Assembly: GCA_030704615.1 (NCBI GenBank)
Contig: CM060734.1
Span: forward strand, 43,648,001-43,712,000
DNA: 64,000 nt
DNA from: Takakia lepidozioides
Taxonomy: Eukaryota > Plantae > Bryophyta
Reading direction: 5' to 3'
Every line of letters begins with the position of its first letter. The first letter of the stretch is position 1. The position numbers were made by a program, and so were the translations under genes. The notes under the pieces were generated by a model. The model ran no database searches. It had not been told where the DNA came from and saw nothing but the letters and a program-made list of their open reading frames with translations. Shown here piece by piece: positions 12,137-27,200 of the stretch.

Positions 12137-12935
12137 TGTTAGGAGGCAGTCTGGGACTTAGGCATTTTTTATGGGTTCTGTGGAGTCTGGGACTTAGACA
12201 CTTCTATGGGTTCTGAGGGGTACCCTTAATTTTTTGAGATAGCCCGTCACAGCCAGTCACAGCCCGACACAGCCCGATGCAGCCGTCACAGTCTGACACA
12301 GTCGCACAGTCAGTCACAGCTGTCACAGTCGTAGGGAACGGTTATCATGAGAGGGAACGACTGTGGGGAACAACATCTGCCGGGGAACATGTAATTCACG
12401 GAGGACGGTTAGTGAAGGAAAACGGTTAGAACAGCGGGTAAGGAGATAAAGCGGGCAGCGGAGACGGGATGGGATCACTTTTTGGAATGGAGATCACTCC
12501 TGGGGGCGGACTGAGATCGGAGGAAGGGAAGCTGGCAAAGGGGAAGGAGATACTATAGGACAGAGTTAGTACGAGATGTAGGATTACTTAGAGGGATAGA
12601 TTAGAGAAGTTAGGACATCAGCATGTATCCGATTATGATTAATCTGATTCTCATCCGATACAAACACCTTGTGTTGAGAGACTTGAGTGAAGCTGTGTAT
12701 GAATGAAATCAGAGGGCCCAAAGAAGAAATCTGACACTTAAAAAGATACCTGGTCAAGATAAACAGGGAATATAAACTGATAAGGAATGTAATTGGAAAA
12801 CCAACAATGATTCACTAGCTGCAGGTCATGACTAATTGTTTCACGCGGGCTGAATGCTTAGAGATATCCAACTCTTCTATCTTGGAGTTTCCCCCTCGGA
12901 TAGCGAAGGGAGGGGTGAGTAAAAGCCACGCGACA
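12137..12935 (+). repeat. 5' LTR of B1
   Basis: TGTTAG...CGACA; direct repeat of 46483-47307. Confidence 0.95.
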
Positions 12936-12937
12936 TT

Positions 12938-12955
12938 TGGCGACCATACTGGGGA
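12938..12955 (+). other. PBS of B1, probably tRNA-Arg
   Basis: TGGCGACCATACTGGGGA 2 nt after the LTR; resembles the Ogre-type Arg PBS; identical in B2. Confidence 0.8.
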
Positions 12956-12959
12956 ACTG

Positions 12960-13522
12960 GGTCATGAACAACCAGATGTGACAGACATCTGGTGGGATCA
13001 TGGTGGTTGGAGAATTAAAGAATTTGATGCGAATCAAATTCCTTGTGAAACTGAGAAAGAAAGATTGTCCAAACGATTCTTCCAGAGGTTTTTAGAATTA
13101 CCAGACGGTTGTAAAGAAAATATTCTTAAGCGAGTGCATGATGCTGATCCGGAATGGGGTCTGGAGAAAGGAGTGATAAGATTTATCAGGTAGCTTGTAG
13201 AGGAAGAGCGCGGTGGTTACCAACATTGGTTTATGTGATAGCCTTACTATCTATTAAGCGGGTAGAGTTTGAAAGCTAGGAGGAAAGAAAAGTGAATGTT
13301 TACACTCATATGCATGAGGAGCTTGTATTGGTAAAGAATTGGATTCCAAAGGATATCTTGTGGATCAAACTTACACCAAGAACAGCTTTTCAGACTTGTT
13401 TACCATATGGTTATATGGTAATGGAGACTTCCAGTATAGCTAGAGGTACATTGAAGCTGGAAAGAAACCCAGGCATATACGAGAGATACTACAGGAGAGA
13501 ATTTTGGTTGTTGCCACACTAA
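12960..13522 (+). pseudogene. Extra ORF upstream of gag (about 190 aa consensus), unknown function
   Basis: Conserved in B2 (25235-25796) with many synonymous changes. Confidence 0.65.
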
Positions 13523-13543
13523 AAGAAATGAAAGATATGGGAC

Positions 13544-16500
13544 ATGAGTGGTGAAAGAGAAGCTAGACTCCAAAGATATTCAGCAAAAAGAGAAAGTTAT
13601 CTGAAAGCTCATTATCCATACCTGTGGGAGAGAGGAATAGATATTGGGGAATCATCTGGACCTCTCACACCATTGAGATCAGGGAGTACATCACCTATAC
13701 CAGACGAGCTAGAGTTGGATACCACACCTTCTTTTTCTTTGCAAGAAAGATTAAGGGACTTGGCAGAGGAAGAAGATCAACCACGAGGTGAAAGATCTGA
13801 GGTACATCCCTGAATAAAAGATTTGGCAGAAATCTTTGATAAGAGTTGGCATGGAACACCAAGAGCAGGAACTCGAGTTTCGGGAGCAGAAGATGAGGAT
13901 GCAGAACCAGCGGAGAGTTCAAACTCTCCAACATTATTACAAAATAGTTACATGAGTGAAGAAGAAGAAAAACAAGGAAAGAAATTGGAAGATGAAGAGT
14001 ATGAAGAAGTAGACCCAACAACTGAGGTTGAGGCTACAACCAGGACATCCCAACCCGTTGGACCTGGATCAAGTGGAGCACTTGGATCACAGGCCAACGA
14101 AGGTGTCGGCTCAGGGGGATCAGGCGGGCTGCCTGGATCTGGCTCTGGGGGGACAGGGAGTGTGGGAAGTAGTGCAACTGAAGCTGGGAGTACTGTGAAT
14201 ATCGTGGGGCCAGTAGCAGGGAGTGCTCAAGGGCCACCACTTGGTGAAAGATTCACCACAACAACAACAGGTCCTGAAGGATCAGCACCAGCAAGGGTGC
14301 CAGCACCTGTCAGTGGGCAGAAGGTAGGGCCACATATGGCGTTACAACCAACACGGGCAAAACCACCTTTTCCATATATTCAGGAAAAGGGGATCCCGAT
14401 GTACACATTAGCCAATTTGAGCACATGTGTATAGTGAACAATGAGAACGGCGATGATGCCAAGATGAGATTGTTTCACTTATAAAGAAAGCCAGTGAATG
14501 GTATGCAAGATTCCCTGATAATCATTTCCTAACCTGGAATGGCTTGAGTACAACGTTCCGAAATAGGTTCAGGACCAGTAAAACTGAGGATGAAGTGTAT
14601 GGGAGTTTACAACAGCTGAAGCAGAAGAAGCATGAAACTGTTGAAGTATATGGAGAAATGAGTTGATGATGAAAAAGTTGGTTGCTATACCAGCACCAGG
14701 ATTGCAGAAGGCTTGGTTTGTGAATGGACAGAATTGAGCAGTTGGGAATGCTCAGGAAGGAGAAAAGAGATGAAGAGGACTCTGAGGATGAGTCAGAAGA
14801 AGAAGAGGAGATGGAGCATAAAAAGAAGAGTAAAAAGAAGGAAAAGATGAAGAGGGAAAATTATGAGAAGAGATTAGAAGAAATCTTGAAAAAGTATGCC
14901 ACAGAGGCTGCAACACATTGGAGGAAGGGTGTTTGGTGTGCAAAATGCCAGAATGAAGGCCACACCACTACTGAATGCCACATGAAGGAGAAACACTGCA
15001 CTATCTGTAAAATGGATAACCATTCTACTGAGAATTGTTACTACAACAGAAGAACAGCAGTAAGAGAGCCTAGGCAGGTAAGGGTGCATCAAGTGCAACC
15101 CCAGCCAAGAAGAAACAATGATCAAGACCACTATGGTAGGACAGGTGGTTATAACAATGGCATGGAAGGAGAGGTAATCCAAGAGGGAATTACCAGCCAG
15201 GGAATCAGGATTACAGAAATAATCCCAGAATAGACCAAGGGCGAGGACCCAATGGAGAAGAATTGTGTTACTATTGTAATCAGGCAGGACATCGTAAGGC
15301 GGCTTGTCCATTCTGGATCAGACACCAGAATGAGATGAGAGCTCCTGGGAATGAGGGGCCAGTAGTGGCAGCCCACATGGTTAGGCCATGTATTGTACCG
15401 GAAGTGAGTACAATGATAGTAACAAGAAGCAGAGCCAAATTAGTACCTCCAGTGGAAGATGAAGTTGATGATAATGAAGATGGCAGTGATGTGCCTGAAG
15501 ATGATGAGGCTTGGAGAGATGAAGAACTGCACAAGGAAGTGGCGGATACCATACGGGAAATGCAGAAGAGTACTGATATTCCCATGGTAGACTCCTCAGA
15601 CTCTGAAGGAGAAGAAGAAGTCAGTGAGGAAGAAGGAAAGAGGGAAGCTGCAGAAGTGCAGGGTAAGGAAGGGACATTGGCTGAAGTGATATGCCAGTCC
15701 AAAGTGGAAATTACCATTGGACAGCTATTAGCTGTGGCACCTTATTGTAGACACAGGCTGTATCAAGCAATCAACAGGATTGCCCATTTGACAGAGAACA
15801 CAGACCTGAACAACAAGGTGACCAGTTATAATGTGAGGCCAGAAGGGCAAGAAACAGTCATGGATTTTGATGATTCTATGCCAGTTATCCAGTTGAGAAT
15901 TGGAAGCACAGAGCTGGCAGATGTACTGATAGATGGAGGCTCTGGTGTGAATATCATGACAGACCAATTGAGGCAGAAGCTAGGTCTAAACAACATGAAC
16001 CCAGCCCCATTTACAGTAACCATGGCAGACCAAAGGAGTGTACAGCCATTGGGATTGATCAGAGGAGTTAAAATCCAGATTCAAGAGATGATCTTTAAGA
16101 TCACAGTAACTGTGTTGAAGATGAATGAAGTCCTGGAAGCTTATTCCTTATTGTTGGGAAGACCATGGCTGAAACAGGCCAAGGTGTCTCATGATTGGAA
16201 TTCACAGTTACTGACTGTGCAGGATGGGTTGAACAAGATACAAACCACTAAGAAATCTGAAAGACTATCTGCTACAAGAAGACCAAGAGGGGTCAGAGAG
16301 TATGATTGGAAAGAAGGACTGGATGAGGAACAGGAAGCTACTTTGTTCGCTGCACACCCAGAGTGGGAACAGGTTGCAGAGATGCAATTAGAAGGCCTGA
16401 GTTGTTTAAAAAGTATCTACTGTGGTGCAGTGACAACAACCCCAATTGAGGAGGAAATAAATAGTTACCCACCACATTTTTATGAGGAAAGGGAAGGAGA

Positions 16501-16645
16501 GATTGATATCCTAGAGGAACCAGCCACTGTAAGTCTACAGGATGAAATAGTAACTGGTTGGACAATCACAGCTGATGAGCAGGTGAGGGAAGTGAATGTG
16601 GGAACTGAGAAGGAACCAAGGATGGTGAAGGTAGGGCGGATCTAG
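13544..16645 (+). pseudogene. B1 gag and protease
   Basis: DPDVHISQFE...KASEWY gag core, CCHC knuckles, VLIDGGSGVNIM protease. Confidence 0.9.
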
Positions 16646-19489
16646 AGCCAGAATTCTTTGAGGAAGCAAAGAGTCTGTTCATTAAATACAGAGATGTATT
16701 TGCTTGGAGCTATGAGGATCTGAAGGGGATACCACCTGAGATCTGTCAACATAAGATTGAACTGGAACCAGGATCAATACCAGTTAAACAGGCGAGATAC
16801 AGGATGAATCCCAACTATGCAGAGAAGGTTGGAGAAGAGATCAAAAAGTTGGCTGAAGCTAAATTTATATACCCGATAGAGTACACAACTTGGTTGTCAC
16901 CCATTGTGATAGTCCCCAAGAAAAATGGCAAACTAAGAGTTTGTGTGAACTACAAGAAGCTGAATGCTTGTACGAGGAAGGATCATTTTCCTCTACCATT
17001 CACAGAAGCAGTATTGGACACTGTGGCAGGCCATGAATGTATTCATTCATGGATGGCTTCAGTGGTTATAATCAAGTGCAGGTGGCAGAGGAAGATCAAG
17101 GAAAAACAGCTTTCATCACAGACTGGGGTGCTTATGCATACAAAGTCATGCCTTTTGGACTTTGTAATGCACCAGCAACTTTCCAGAGAGTTATAAGTGA
17201 ATCTTTTCAGGAGTACCTTGATGATTTCATGCAGGTGTTCTTGGATGATTTCAGTGTGTATAGCTCTAAGAGTGAGCACTTGCATAAATTGGAGTTGTGC
17301 TTGGCCAGATGCAGGATGAGAGGTCTGGGCCTGAATCCAGAGAAATGTACTTTCTGTGTGAACTCAGGGGTACTTATTTGGGACACATAGTGTGTAAAAA
17401 TGGACTTCTAGTGGATCCCAAAAAAGACGGAGGCCATTAAAGCCTCCCCACCTCCTGTAAATGCTAAGAGTCTAAGGAGATTCCTGGGGCAAACCAGCTA
17501 CTACAGAAGATTTGTCAGACGGTATCCATAGATGGCAGCACCTTTGAGCAAACTTAAAAAAAAAGACGCAGTGTTTGCATGGACAGATGAATGTCAACAG
17601 GCTTTTGAGGAACTGACATTGTCAATGACAACTACACCTGTATTGATTAATCCTCACTGGCAGGAAATGTTCCATGTTCACTGTGATGCTTCAGGAGAAG
17701 CATTGGGAGCGGTGCTAGCCCAAAATGTTACAGGAAGGATAGATTCACTGTGTACTATGCTAGCCGATTAATGAACAATGCTGAAAGAAATTATAGCACA
17801 ACAGAAAGAGAAGCATTGGCAATGATCTATGCAGTGAAGAAATTCAGGCATTACCTGTTGGGTAAAAAGTTTATGTTCTATGTGGATTCACCAAGCTTTG
17901 ATATACTTGGTAAAACAAACCTCTGATAAGCGGAAGAATAGCAAGATGGTTGATAATCTTACACGAATTTGAGTTTGAGGTTGTTTACAAGCCTGGGAGG
18001 CTGCATCTTGTGGCGGGACCACTTGTCACGGTTATCAACAGGAACCAGCCACAGGAGTAGATGATCAATTACCAGATGCGAGCTTATTTGCCAGGAGGTG
18101 CAGGGAAGTGCAGATGATTGGTTAGATTGGCAATGGCCAATCAGATACTATCTTACTCATGGTCAATGTCCACCAAGTTATGGGAAGGAGCAGAGAAAGA
18201 GAATTGCTATCAAGGCTTTACCTTACACTATGGTAGGAAGCAGAATGTATAAGCTAGGACCAGATGGAGTGCTGAAGCGATGCTTATACCACCATGAAGT
18301 TGATAAAGTTTTGGAAGAAGTTCATAAAGGAGTGGCAGGGGGCCATTTTGGAGAAGAGACTACCAGTAGGAAGATACTACTTGCCGGTTACTGGTGGCCT
18401 ACCTTGTTCAAAGATGTGCACAAGTATTGTAAAACTTGTGATGAGTGTCAGAGGCTAGGACCATTGCAGAGGTCTGGGAAGATGGCTTTGCATCCTACAA
18501 TGCCTACTGAACAATTTCAGAAATGGGGACTGGACTTTGTTGGACCAATAAACCCACCAGCCAAGAATACACAGAACAAGTATATAATCACAGCTACTGA
18601 TTATACTACGAAGTGGGTGGAAGCTAAAGCTCTGAGGGACAACACAGCTAAGTCCACAGCCAGGTTCCTGTATGAGAACATACTTACACGGTTTGGCTGT
18701 CCCCTGGAATTTATCAGTGATCAGGGAAGTCACTTCATCAATGAGACCATAGAACTCTTGACTAAGGAGTTCATGATTGTGCATAGGAAAAGTACAACCT
18801 ATTACCCACAAGGTAATGGACAGGCAGAGGCTACCAACAAAATACTATGTACCATCTTGGCTAAAATAGTCAATGCAAACAGAACAGACTGGGATACAAA
18901 GCTACTGACAGCTTTGTGGTCATACAGGACTTCATATAAAGTATACACCATTCCAATTAGTTTATGGTATGGAAGCTTTACTTCCAGTGGAGTTTTTATT
19001 ACCTACTATGAGAACTGAATGGGGAAGAAGAATGGAATTGGAAGATTCAATTAAGGTCAGGAAACATGAATTATACCATATGGGGAAGTACGAGCTGATG
19101 CAGCTGACAACATGACGAGAATACAGATGAAAAGGAAGGATCAGTTTGATGAAGGGAAGTTGAAGACTTTCAAAACAGGAGATTTGGTTTTGTGGTTGCA
19201 GAAGAAGGGAAAGATTAAGGCTTCTAAGCTGCCATGGAAGGGACCTTATGTCATACAAAAGATGTATGATAACAACACGGCCATGTTACAAACCATTAAT
19301 AAAGAAATGCTGGGCAGGGTCAATGCCAACAAGTTGAAAGGATACAGTGGTATCCATGACAAGCCATTGAGGCACGATTTGCATATAGAACCACAGGAGC
19401 AAATACAGGCTGTTCCAGTAACACCAACGGAGCATAGAATACTTGTCGTTAAACCGGTGAGGAGCGGAAAACACAAATGTTTTAAATAG
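16646..19489 (+). pseudogene. B1 RT, RH, integrase
   Basis: CVNYKKLN, FLDD, HCDAS, HHCC zinc finger, WGLDFVGP, SDQG, GQAE. Confidence 0.95.
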
Positions 19490-19645
19490 CTCACAGCCCA
19501 ACACCACACAGATCACAGCCCAACACAGGGTCACACAGCCCATCACAGCCCAACACAGGGTCACAATCACAGCCCAGCACAGTGTCACACAGTCGCGCAC
19601 AGCCTAGCACAGGGTGGCACAGCCTGTCACAGCCTCACACAGCCA
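19490..19645 (+). repeat. CACAG(C/T) degenerate micro-repeat tract
   Basis: Many CACAG units; the same motif occurs in the B LTRs and at 31960-32170. Confidence 0.7.
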
Positions 19646-20140
19646 ATCAGAATTACACAGTCCATAGGATTAGTGACAGGTGGACGAAGGATAACATCAG
19701 GGAAATGGCCGGCGGAAGAAAGGGCGGAAGTCAGTTTAAAAAGTGGACGCGTGGAAGTCAGGCCGTGACGCACAGCTGAGAAGGAGCTGCAAGAACAAGT
19801 GTCATAAAGAAAAAGGACAGGAGTGGCCGTCAAAGTACCTACCTACTACGTCAAAGAGGATGGATGGCGGGCCCATTAATGCATACGAAAAAAGGGTAAC
19901 GGAATATACGGCGAGTACAGAAAAACGAATTTCTTGTCACGTGTGTTATCCTAGTGGACAGGCCAGCAGGGAAAATCCACTAAAGAAAATTAATTCTAAA
20001 ATCCAGTCACAGCGGTTACAGCCAATCATGAAGCAGGAGCAACTTCAAGAAAGTGAAAAGGTTCTGAGCGCAAGAGTCGGCGTCGTTCAAGTAACGGGCG
20101 TCTCGACGGGACAGACAATCAATGCGATAGTTTTGAAGCT

Positions 20141-22121
20141 ATGAGGGAACTAGCAGATTATACGCTCGCGATACTACTCACGCAGTGGCGAGGAAACAGA
20201 ACAACAGAGAGTAACTTTTCTCTTGATCAATGCTTGCAAGCCCCGCAGGTTTACAGGACACTACCCATAGCATTTTGTGGCAATCATACGTTTGTGCTTT
20301 GTGCTCTGCAGGCATTACTTCAGTTGTTACAGCCACAGCCTTACGGTTTCTCTAAAATGAAGAGAGTAAGAGGGATGGAGGACATCAAGGTGAAAAGCAC
20401 CACAATCCTGCAGAAACAGACGATTGCGACGCCATACGCGGTGAAGTTACTGAAGGAACTGCGATTACAAGGATTGCAAAACAAGGATTGGACATTGCAC
20501 CATCGGAAGTACATGTTAGAATTCTTGCAGAACTTTGACCCAAAGACAGGAGCCACAATGGTGAAGGGAGTTGAATTAGAACTTACTCCCTTATACCTAC
20601 AGCAACTGTTTTCATTGCCAGCAGGTCAGGTTCATGTGGACGAGCACAGGGCTAGATTGCAGATGAAATTTGTTTGAAGAAGGGAGTTTCTTTAAAACTC
20701 AAGGCTATGCTTGTACCAAAGCGGTGTACCCAGGGCTCAGGGAAGTAGGCCAGATATTGAACGTTCTGTTTGCCATGAAACAGAACCAGCAGTATTTATA
20801 CTCAAAGGCCTGAGAGGAGAAGAGGTAGCATGGGAGAACATCATGTACAACGGACTGGTAGAGGAGATGAAAAGATTGCAGGGAACTGCCGCTAAATCTC
20901 CTATCATAGTATCTGGGCCAGTCATTGCACAAATCATCCTAGACTCATGCGTACTTGATGCGAGAGAAAGGAAGGAAATGGGAGTGTTTGAAATAACAAC
21001 CACTACCATAGAAGAGCAAGGTTCTTCACAGGGTGAAGGGGGATTGGCAGAGCATCAACAGCCCAAAAGACAGAGGAAAGGGATCACGTTGGAAGCCGAA
21101 CCATTGGCTACAAGGCAGCCGGAGGAAGAAGTTACTCAAGCTCTTGTGCAGGAGAGGGTACAGCAGCATAGAGATCAAGGGTTACAAACAGCACAACCTG
21201 TGGAGAGGGAACAGGAAGTCAATTCAGTATCACAGCCATCACAGCCAGGTGAACGGTTTGCCAGAGAGTTACCACAAGTGGTCCATGCGGTTCCTCCACA
21301 AATAATAGATTTGGAAACAGAAGGGTTAGATATTCCAACTACAGAGCAAGTGGTGGCAGAGATTGAGACGAGGTGATTCTCTCTATGAAGACTCTAGTTT
21401 GCTCAGAAAAGAGAGTGGGAGCCAGAGGTCCAAAATCTGTCCAGTGAACTTCCTGATGTGCAGGTAATACCCCCACCAGCGCCACAAGTTCCAGAAGAGA
21501 AGAAACATCAGGACACAGCAGCATCTGGGACAAATGAGGAAGTTGAGAAGGAGGATCTGGGGAGCAGTGGCCTGAGTGGTTTGTGAGGCATCATCCTATG
21601 GATGAGGGGGGGTGAACAGCAGATGTTAACCATGATGGGCCTCAGCAGGCTATGCTGATGAAACTCCATAGCCGAACCCTCAATTTGTTGGGAACTTACA
21701 TGAAGTCACATGTTCCAGTGACTTAGTTGGAAGTTCTAAGGAGGAACTCAGAAGAGAGTTCAAAAATCGGTTGGCAACCGAGTGTGTTAACAAAGTTGAG
21801 ATGGAAGTGCATCTGCAGTTGCAACAGGAGTTGAGGGCAACAAAGGATGCTCTGCAATTTGCTAAGCAACAACTGATTGAGGGGGGTCTGGAGCAAGACC
21901 ATCTGCACGAGATACACAAGCAGCAATTATTCCAATTGCAGAACAAGCATGAGGATAAGATGCAAGGACTAAAGGAACAACATGCAGAGTTGGAGGTAGT
22001 ACATCAAAGGATGACGGTGCAATGTGCCACCCTCACAAATGTTCTAGAGCAAGCCACAACAGAAGCCAACCAGCAGAGGGAGCGATGTGTAAGGGCAGAA
22101 ACGGAGGTAGTGGAGCTATAG
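20141..22121 (+). pseudogene. B1 extra 3' ORF (env-like position), part 1
   Basis: Conserved in B2 (32612-33165); EFLQNF...VKGVELELTP..LQQLFSLP motif followed by coiled-coil sequence; interrupted by A2. Confidence 0.7.
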
Positions 22122-24251
22122 TGTGAAAAGAAGGGGCGTGAATCCCCTTCTGTGCAAGTCTAGTTGTGCTCCTCCCCAGGTCAATCGGAGGGAAGGAAAG
22201 GAGCTCTCCTCTCAGTGATCCAACCATCGTCACTCGGTGTGGGTTTCCTTCAGGTCCTTCATGATCAGAGTTCACACAATCCTCATACACGCCGCAATGG
22301 AAGAGAAGACATGGATGGGGAGTCTGTATTGTTTTCACCCGTGGTTCTACTTCTACACGACATCCTCTCCTGGTACACTGCAACCAGCCATGTTACCATG
22401 CTGTCTCAGTGATGCAACCAGCCCTACGTCAGTGATGACCACTGCCCTTGTGGGCAGCTCCCTGGTCAGCAACACGTGGAAGCCCCTTTGTAATACAGAT
22501 CACGATTTAGAAGGAGGCAACTCAGATCTGCCATGAGTTGCAGGACCAACAGTTTGGCCCTTCATGGGTTCATGCTTTCTTTATCTTTACCTCCCCAATC
22601 ATCCAACTCCTCACCATCCCCCTCTTGCTGGTCAGCTCTCTCCCTTATGTCCTTTTCTCTCTCCCTCTCTCTTTCTTTCAGGGTGAGTAGGTTCCTCACT
22701 CTTTCCACTGTAGCATGTCTATGATGCAATGCAATGCGCATTCAGCCAAGCATCCAGTGCACCAGCATTGGAATCAACCTTGGTCACACAAGATATAATC
22801 AGCCCTTTTATCAGTCCCTCTCTTGCCAATGACAACTGCTTCACACTCACTTTTCCCAGGTGTAGCCATTTGCCCCAAGACAGCTCTCAACCCTTCTACA
22901 GGTCTCAATTTACACACCCTGACAGCTCTCTTTTCCCATCAACTGTGAACCTCAGTGGTTCACATGCTGAGAGCACTCTGAGAATCAGATCCAAACCCAA
23001 ACAGATGTTGGTTTTCTGCCCCATCCACATCATCCCTTCTTGTTGTTTCCAAACAGTTCTATCTAACCCTCACTGGTTTCCTCTACCTATAAGCTAGTTC
23101 CACATGACTGCAATGTGTCAACATCCCAGGCTAGATTGTTTTGTACAACTCATGACGCGTGATGAAAACAAAGAAAGAACAAGAATACAAACAACAACAA
23201 CCATTCTGTTCCCAGCAACGAGTCAACCCTGTTTCATTCATTTTTCTACTGTACAATGTAACAGCAGGGTGCATCCATCTCCAGTCCAATCCTGGTTTGA
23301 AGTCCAGTGTCTTCATTCCATTTCCAAAGCTATTTTTCTTCCTCACATGTCACTGTCTCTTTACACATACAAGAGACAGTCCAAACTTCACAAAGCGATT
23401 TCTAAGTCACCAAAAGGGGGGGGGGGGTGGTACCACTCTTCGAACTTATCTGGTCTTATACTCATGAAGCGGTGGGTCTGCCTGTCCAAGAAGGCACCTT
23501 GTCATCTCCCTCGTCCAGCCATTTCGACGTTTCTTCTTATCGTGATTCCAGTCCTCATTAAGGCATGACGGCTCTGCTTCAGCTGCTGCACATCCTTGTG
23601 CTGCCAACCTCTACCCTATCCTTCTACATGTGCATTTCTTCCCTATGAAGTGATCTGGTCCTACAGCCTTTAAGACAGAGAGTAGATACAAAACTTAATT
23701 ATAATAGCTTAAGCACCATACACATCAGAAGGTGGCACCGCTTCCTCTTGCACAGAAATGCCAAGCCAGATCCCTTAACGTCGCTCTTTAAGACAAGCTG
23801 ATTCCCTTTGCGCAGGTGGAACTTCCTAAGAATGCCACTGTACTGCCAACACCACTTGCGGCAGCTGCGAAAAAAAGATGCTTACTCTCTTCCCTTACAA
23901 AGTGATCTTGTCCTAAAGCTCAAAAACAGACAGCAGCTACAAGATTTGATCACGGACAACTGAGGCGTTATACACACCAGCCTGCAGTTCTCATACCCAA
24001 CACCTGCTGAGAGCTCCATCTCCTCATTAATGTGCTCATCAAGACAATGGCGACAGCATGGTGCACCGCCCTTATCACAAACCTGATCCCTCAGGGTTTG
24101 ATTCATTGCTTACGAAGAAGGGCGCACCGCTTCTTCTTGCACAGAAAGCAAACGGGAGGAGCTCTTAACGTTTCTCTTAAAAGCAAGCTGATACCCTTTG
24201 CGTAGGTGGAACTTTCTCAGATATCCTGTGCTGCCAACACCACAGCAGCAG
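22122..24251 (-). repeat. 3' LTR of A2, truncated by B2
   Basis: Near-identical to 42274-44380. Confidence 0.9.
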
Positions 24252-27200
24252 GGTTAGAGGACTGTAGGGGACTTAGACACTTATACGGGATCTGTAGGGT
24301 ACCCTTATTTTTGCACAGACTGAGACCAACAGGAGCTTTTAGGGGTGACAGCAGCGCACTGTAGAGGGGTGTTACACAGTCAACACAGCCCGTCACAGTC
24401 GTCAACAGCCCACACAGCCAACACAGCCGTCACTTGTCGTCCACAAGCCCACCAGCCAACACAAGCCCCGTCACAGTCGTCACAGCCCCACACAGCCAAC
24501 ACAGCCAAACACAGTCGCACAGCCAGTCACAGCCCGTCACAGTTTCACACAGCGAGTCACAGCTTGACACAGCTGTCACGATCATAGGGAACGAAAAGAG
24601 ACAGGGAACGACTGTGGGGAACAACACCTGCGAAGGGAACATGTTAGTTCACAGACGGACGGTTAAGGGAGGGAAAACGGTTAGAACTGGGATAGGAAGA
24701 TATAAAGGAAAAACGGGGAATTGAGGGGATGATATTCGGAGGAGGACTTCTTAATCAGTGGGGCGGAGGATCAGAGGAAAAGCTGGAGAGCACGGTAAAG
24801 GAGGAAAGAGGATTAGTAGATGTTTGTTATATGCAAAGCGTGTAGTGATATTGTAGAGCAGATTAGAGACGAGACATAATGGCTTCGGCCTGATACCTGA
24901 TAAATCATAATCTGATACTTACACGATACAATCACACTGTGTAGATGTAGAGAGATCTGAGTGAAGCTGTGGAATGAATGGATGAGTGAAGAAAACCGAT
25001 AGATTGATGAAGCAAATACATACTTAATTATCAATGGTAAGGTAGCAAATGAATCGAAAAGGGAACAAATAGGAAACACCCCCATGATACACTAGCTGTA
25101 GGTCATGACTGATTGTTCGCGTGGCTAAGTACTTAGAGATTTCCAACTCTTCTATCTTGGAGTTCCGCCTCGGATAGCGAAGGGATGGGTGAGTAAAAAG
25201 CCGCGCGAATTTGGCGACCATACTGGGGACCTGGACATGAACAACCAGATGTGACAGGCATCTGGTGGGATCGTGGTGGTTGGACCATTAAAGAATTTGA
25301 AGTGAATCAATTCCCTGTGGAACGAAGGAAAGAAAGATTGTCCAAACGATTCTTTCAAAGGTTCTTGGAATTGCCAGACGGTTGTAAAGAAAATATTCTT
25401 AAACGAGTGCATGATGCTGATCCAGAATGGGGTCTGGAGAAAGGAGTGATAAAGATTTATCAGGTAGCCTGTAGAGGAAGAGCACGTTGGTTACCAACAT
25501 TGGTTTATTGATAGCATTGCTATCCATTAAACGAGTAGAGTTTGAAGGCTGGGAAGAAAGAAAGTGGGAATGTTTATACTCATATGCATGAAGAGCTTGT
25601 ACTGGTAAAGAATTGGATTCCAAAGGATATTTTGTGGATCAAACTCACACCAAGAACAGCTTTTCAGACTTGTTTGCCATATGGTTATATGGTAACGGAG
25701 ACTTCAAGTATAGCCAAGGGTGCATTGAAGCTTGAAAGAAACCCAGGCATATACGAGAGATATTACAGAAGAGAGTTTTGGTTATTGCCACATTAAAAGA
25801 AATGAAAGACATGGGACAGTGAGTGAGAAAGAGAAGCTAGACGACAGAGATATTCAGCAAAAAGAGAAAGCTATCTGAAAGCTAATTATCCATATCTTTG
25901 GGAGAGAGGAATAGACATAGGGGAATCATCTGGACCTCTCACACCATCAAGATCAAAGAGTGCATCACCTATACCGGAAGAACTAGAGTTGGATGCCACT
26001 CCTTCTGTTTCTTTGCAAGAAAGATTAAGGGAATTGGTACAGGAAAAGATCAATCACGAGGTGAAAGATCTGAGGTACATCCTTGGATAAAAGACTTGAC
26101 AGAAATCTTTGATAAGAGTTGGCATGGAAACAAAAGCAGGAAGGAACTCCAGTTTCTGAAGCAGAAGATGAAGAAGGAGAAGAGGATGTGGCAGAGCCAA
26201 CGGAGAGTTCAGACTCTCCAACACCATTACAGTTGAGTTACATGAGTGAAGAAGAAACCCAAGGGCAGAACTTGGAGGATGAAAACAGAGAGAAGAAATT
26301 AGAAAAGAGGAAGAATATGAAGAAGTAGACCCAACAGCTGAGGTTGAGACTACAACCAGGACATCCCAACCCGTTGGACCTGGATCAAGTGGAGCACTTG
26401 GATCACAGGCCAACGAAGGTGTCGGCTCAGGGGGATCAGGCGGGCTGCCTGGATCTGGCTTTGGGGGGACAGGGAGTGTGGGAAGTAGTGCAACTGAAGC
26501 TGGGAATACTGTGAATATCGTGGGACCAGAAGCAGGAGTGCTCAAGGGCCACCACTTGGTGGAAGATCCACCACAAAAACAACAGGTCCAGAAGGACCAG
26601 CACCAGCAAGGGTTGCCAGCACCTGTCAGTGGGCAGAAGGTAGGGCCACAGATGGCGTTACAACCAACACGGGCAAAACCACCCTTTCCAATATATTCAG
26701 GAAAAGGGGATCCCGATGTACACATTAGCCAATTTGAGCACATGTGTATAGTGAACAATGAGAATGGCGATGATGCCAAAATGAGACTGTTTCCTTGTTC
26801 ACTTATCAAGAAAGCAAGTGAATGGTATGCAAGATTTCCTGATAATCATTTCCTAACCTGGAATGGCTTGAATACAGCATTTCGAAATAGGTTCAGGACA
26901 AGTAAAACTGAGGATGAAGTGTATGGAAGTTTACAACAGCTGAAAAGAAGAAGCGCATGAAACTGTTGAAGAGTATATGGAGAAGATGGAATTGATGATG
27001 AAAAAATGGCTGCAGTACCAGCGCCCGGTTTACAGAAGACTTGGTTTGTGAGTGGATTAAGACCAGAGTTGCAAAAGAAAGTGGATATGTTACCCCATAA
27101 CACAGTGGAGGAGGCATTTGAAACTGCGAACAGAATTGAGCAATTGGGAATGCTCAGGAGAGAGAAAAAAAAGAAGATGAGGACTCTGAGGATGAGTCAG

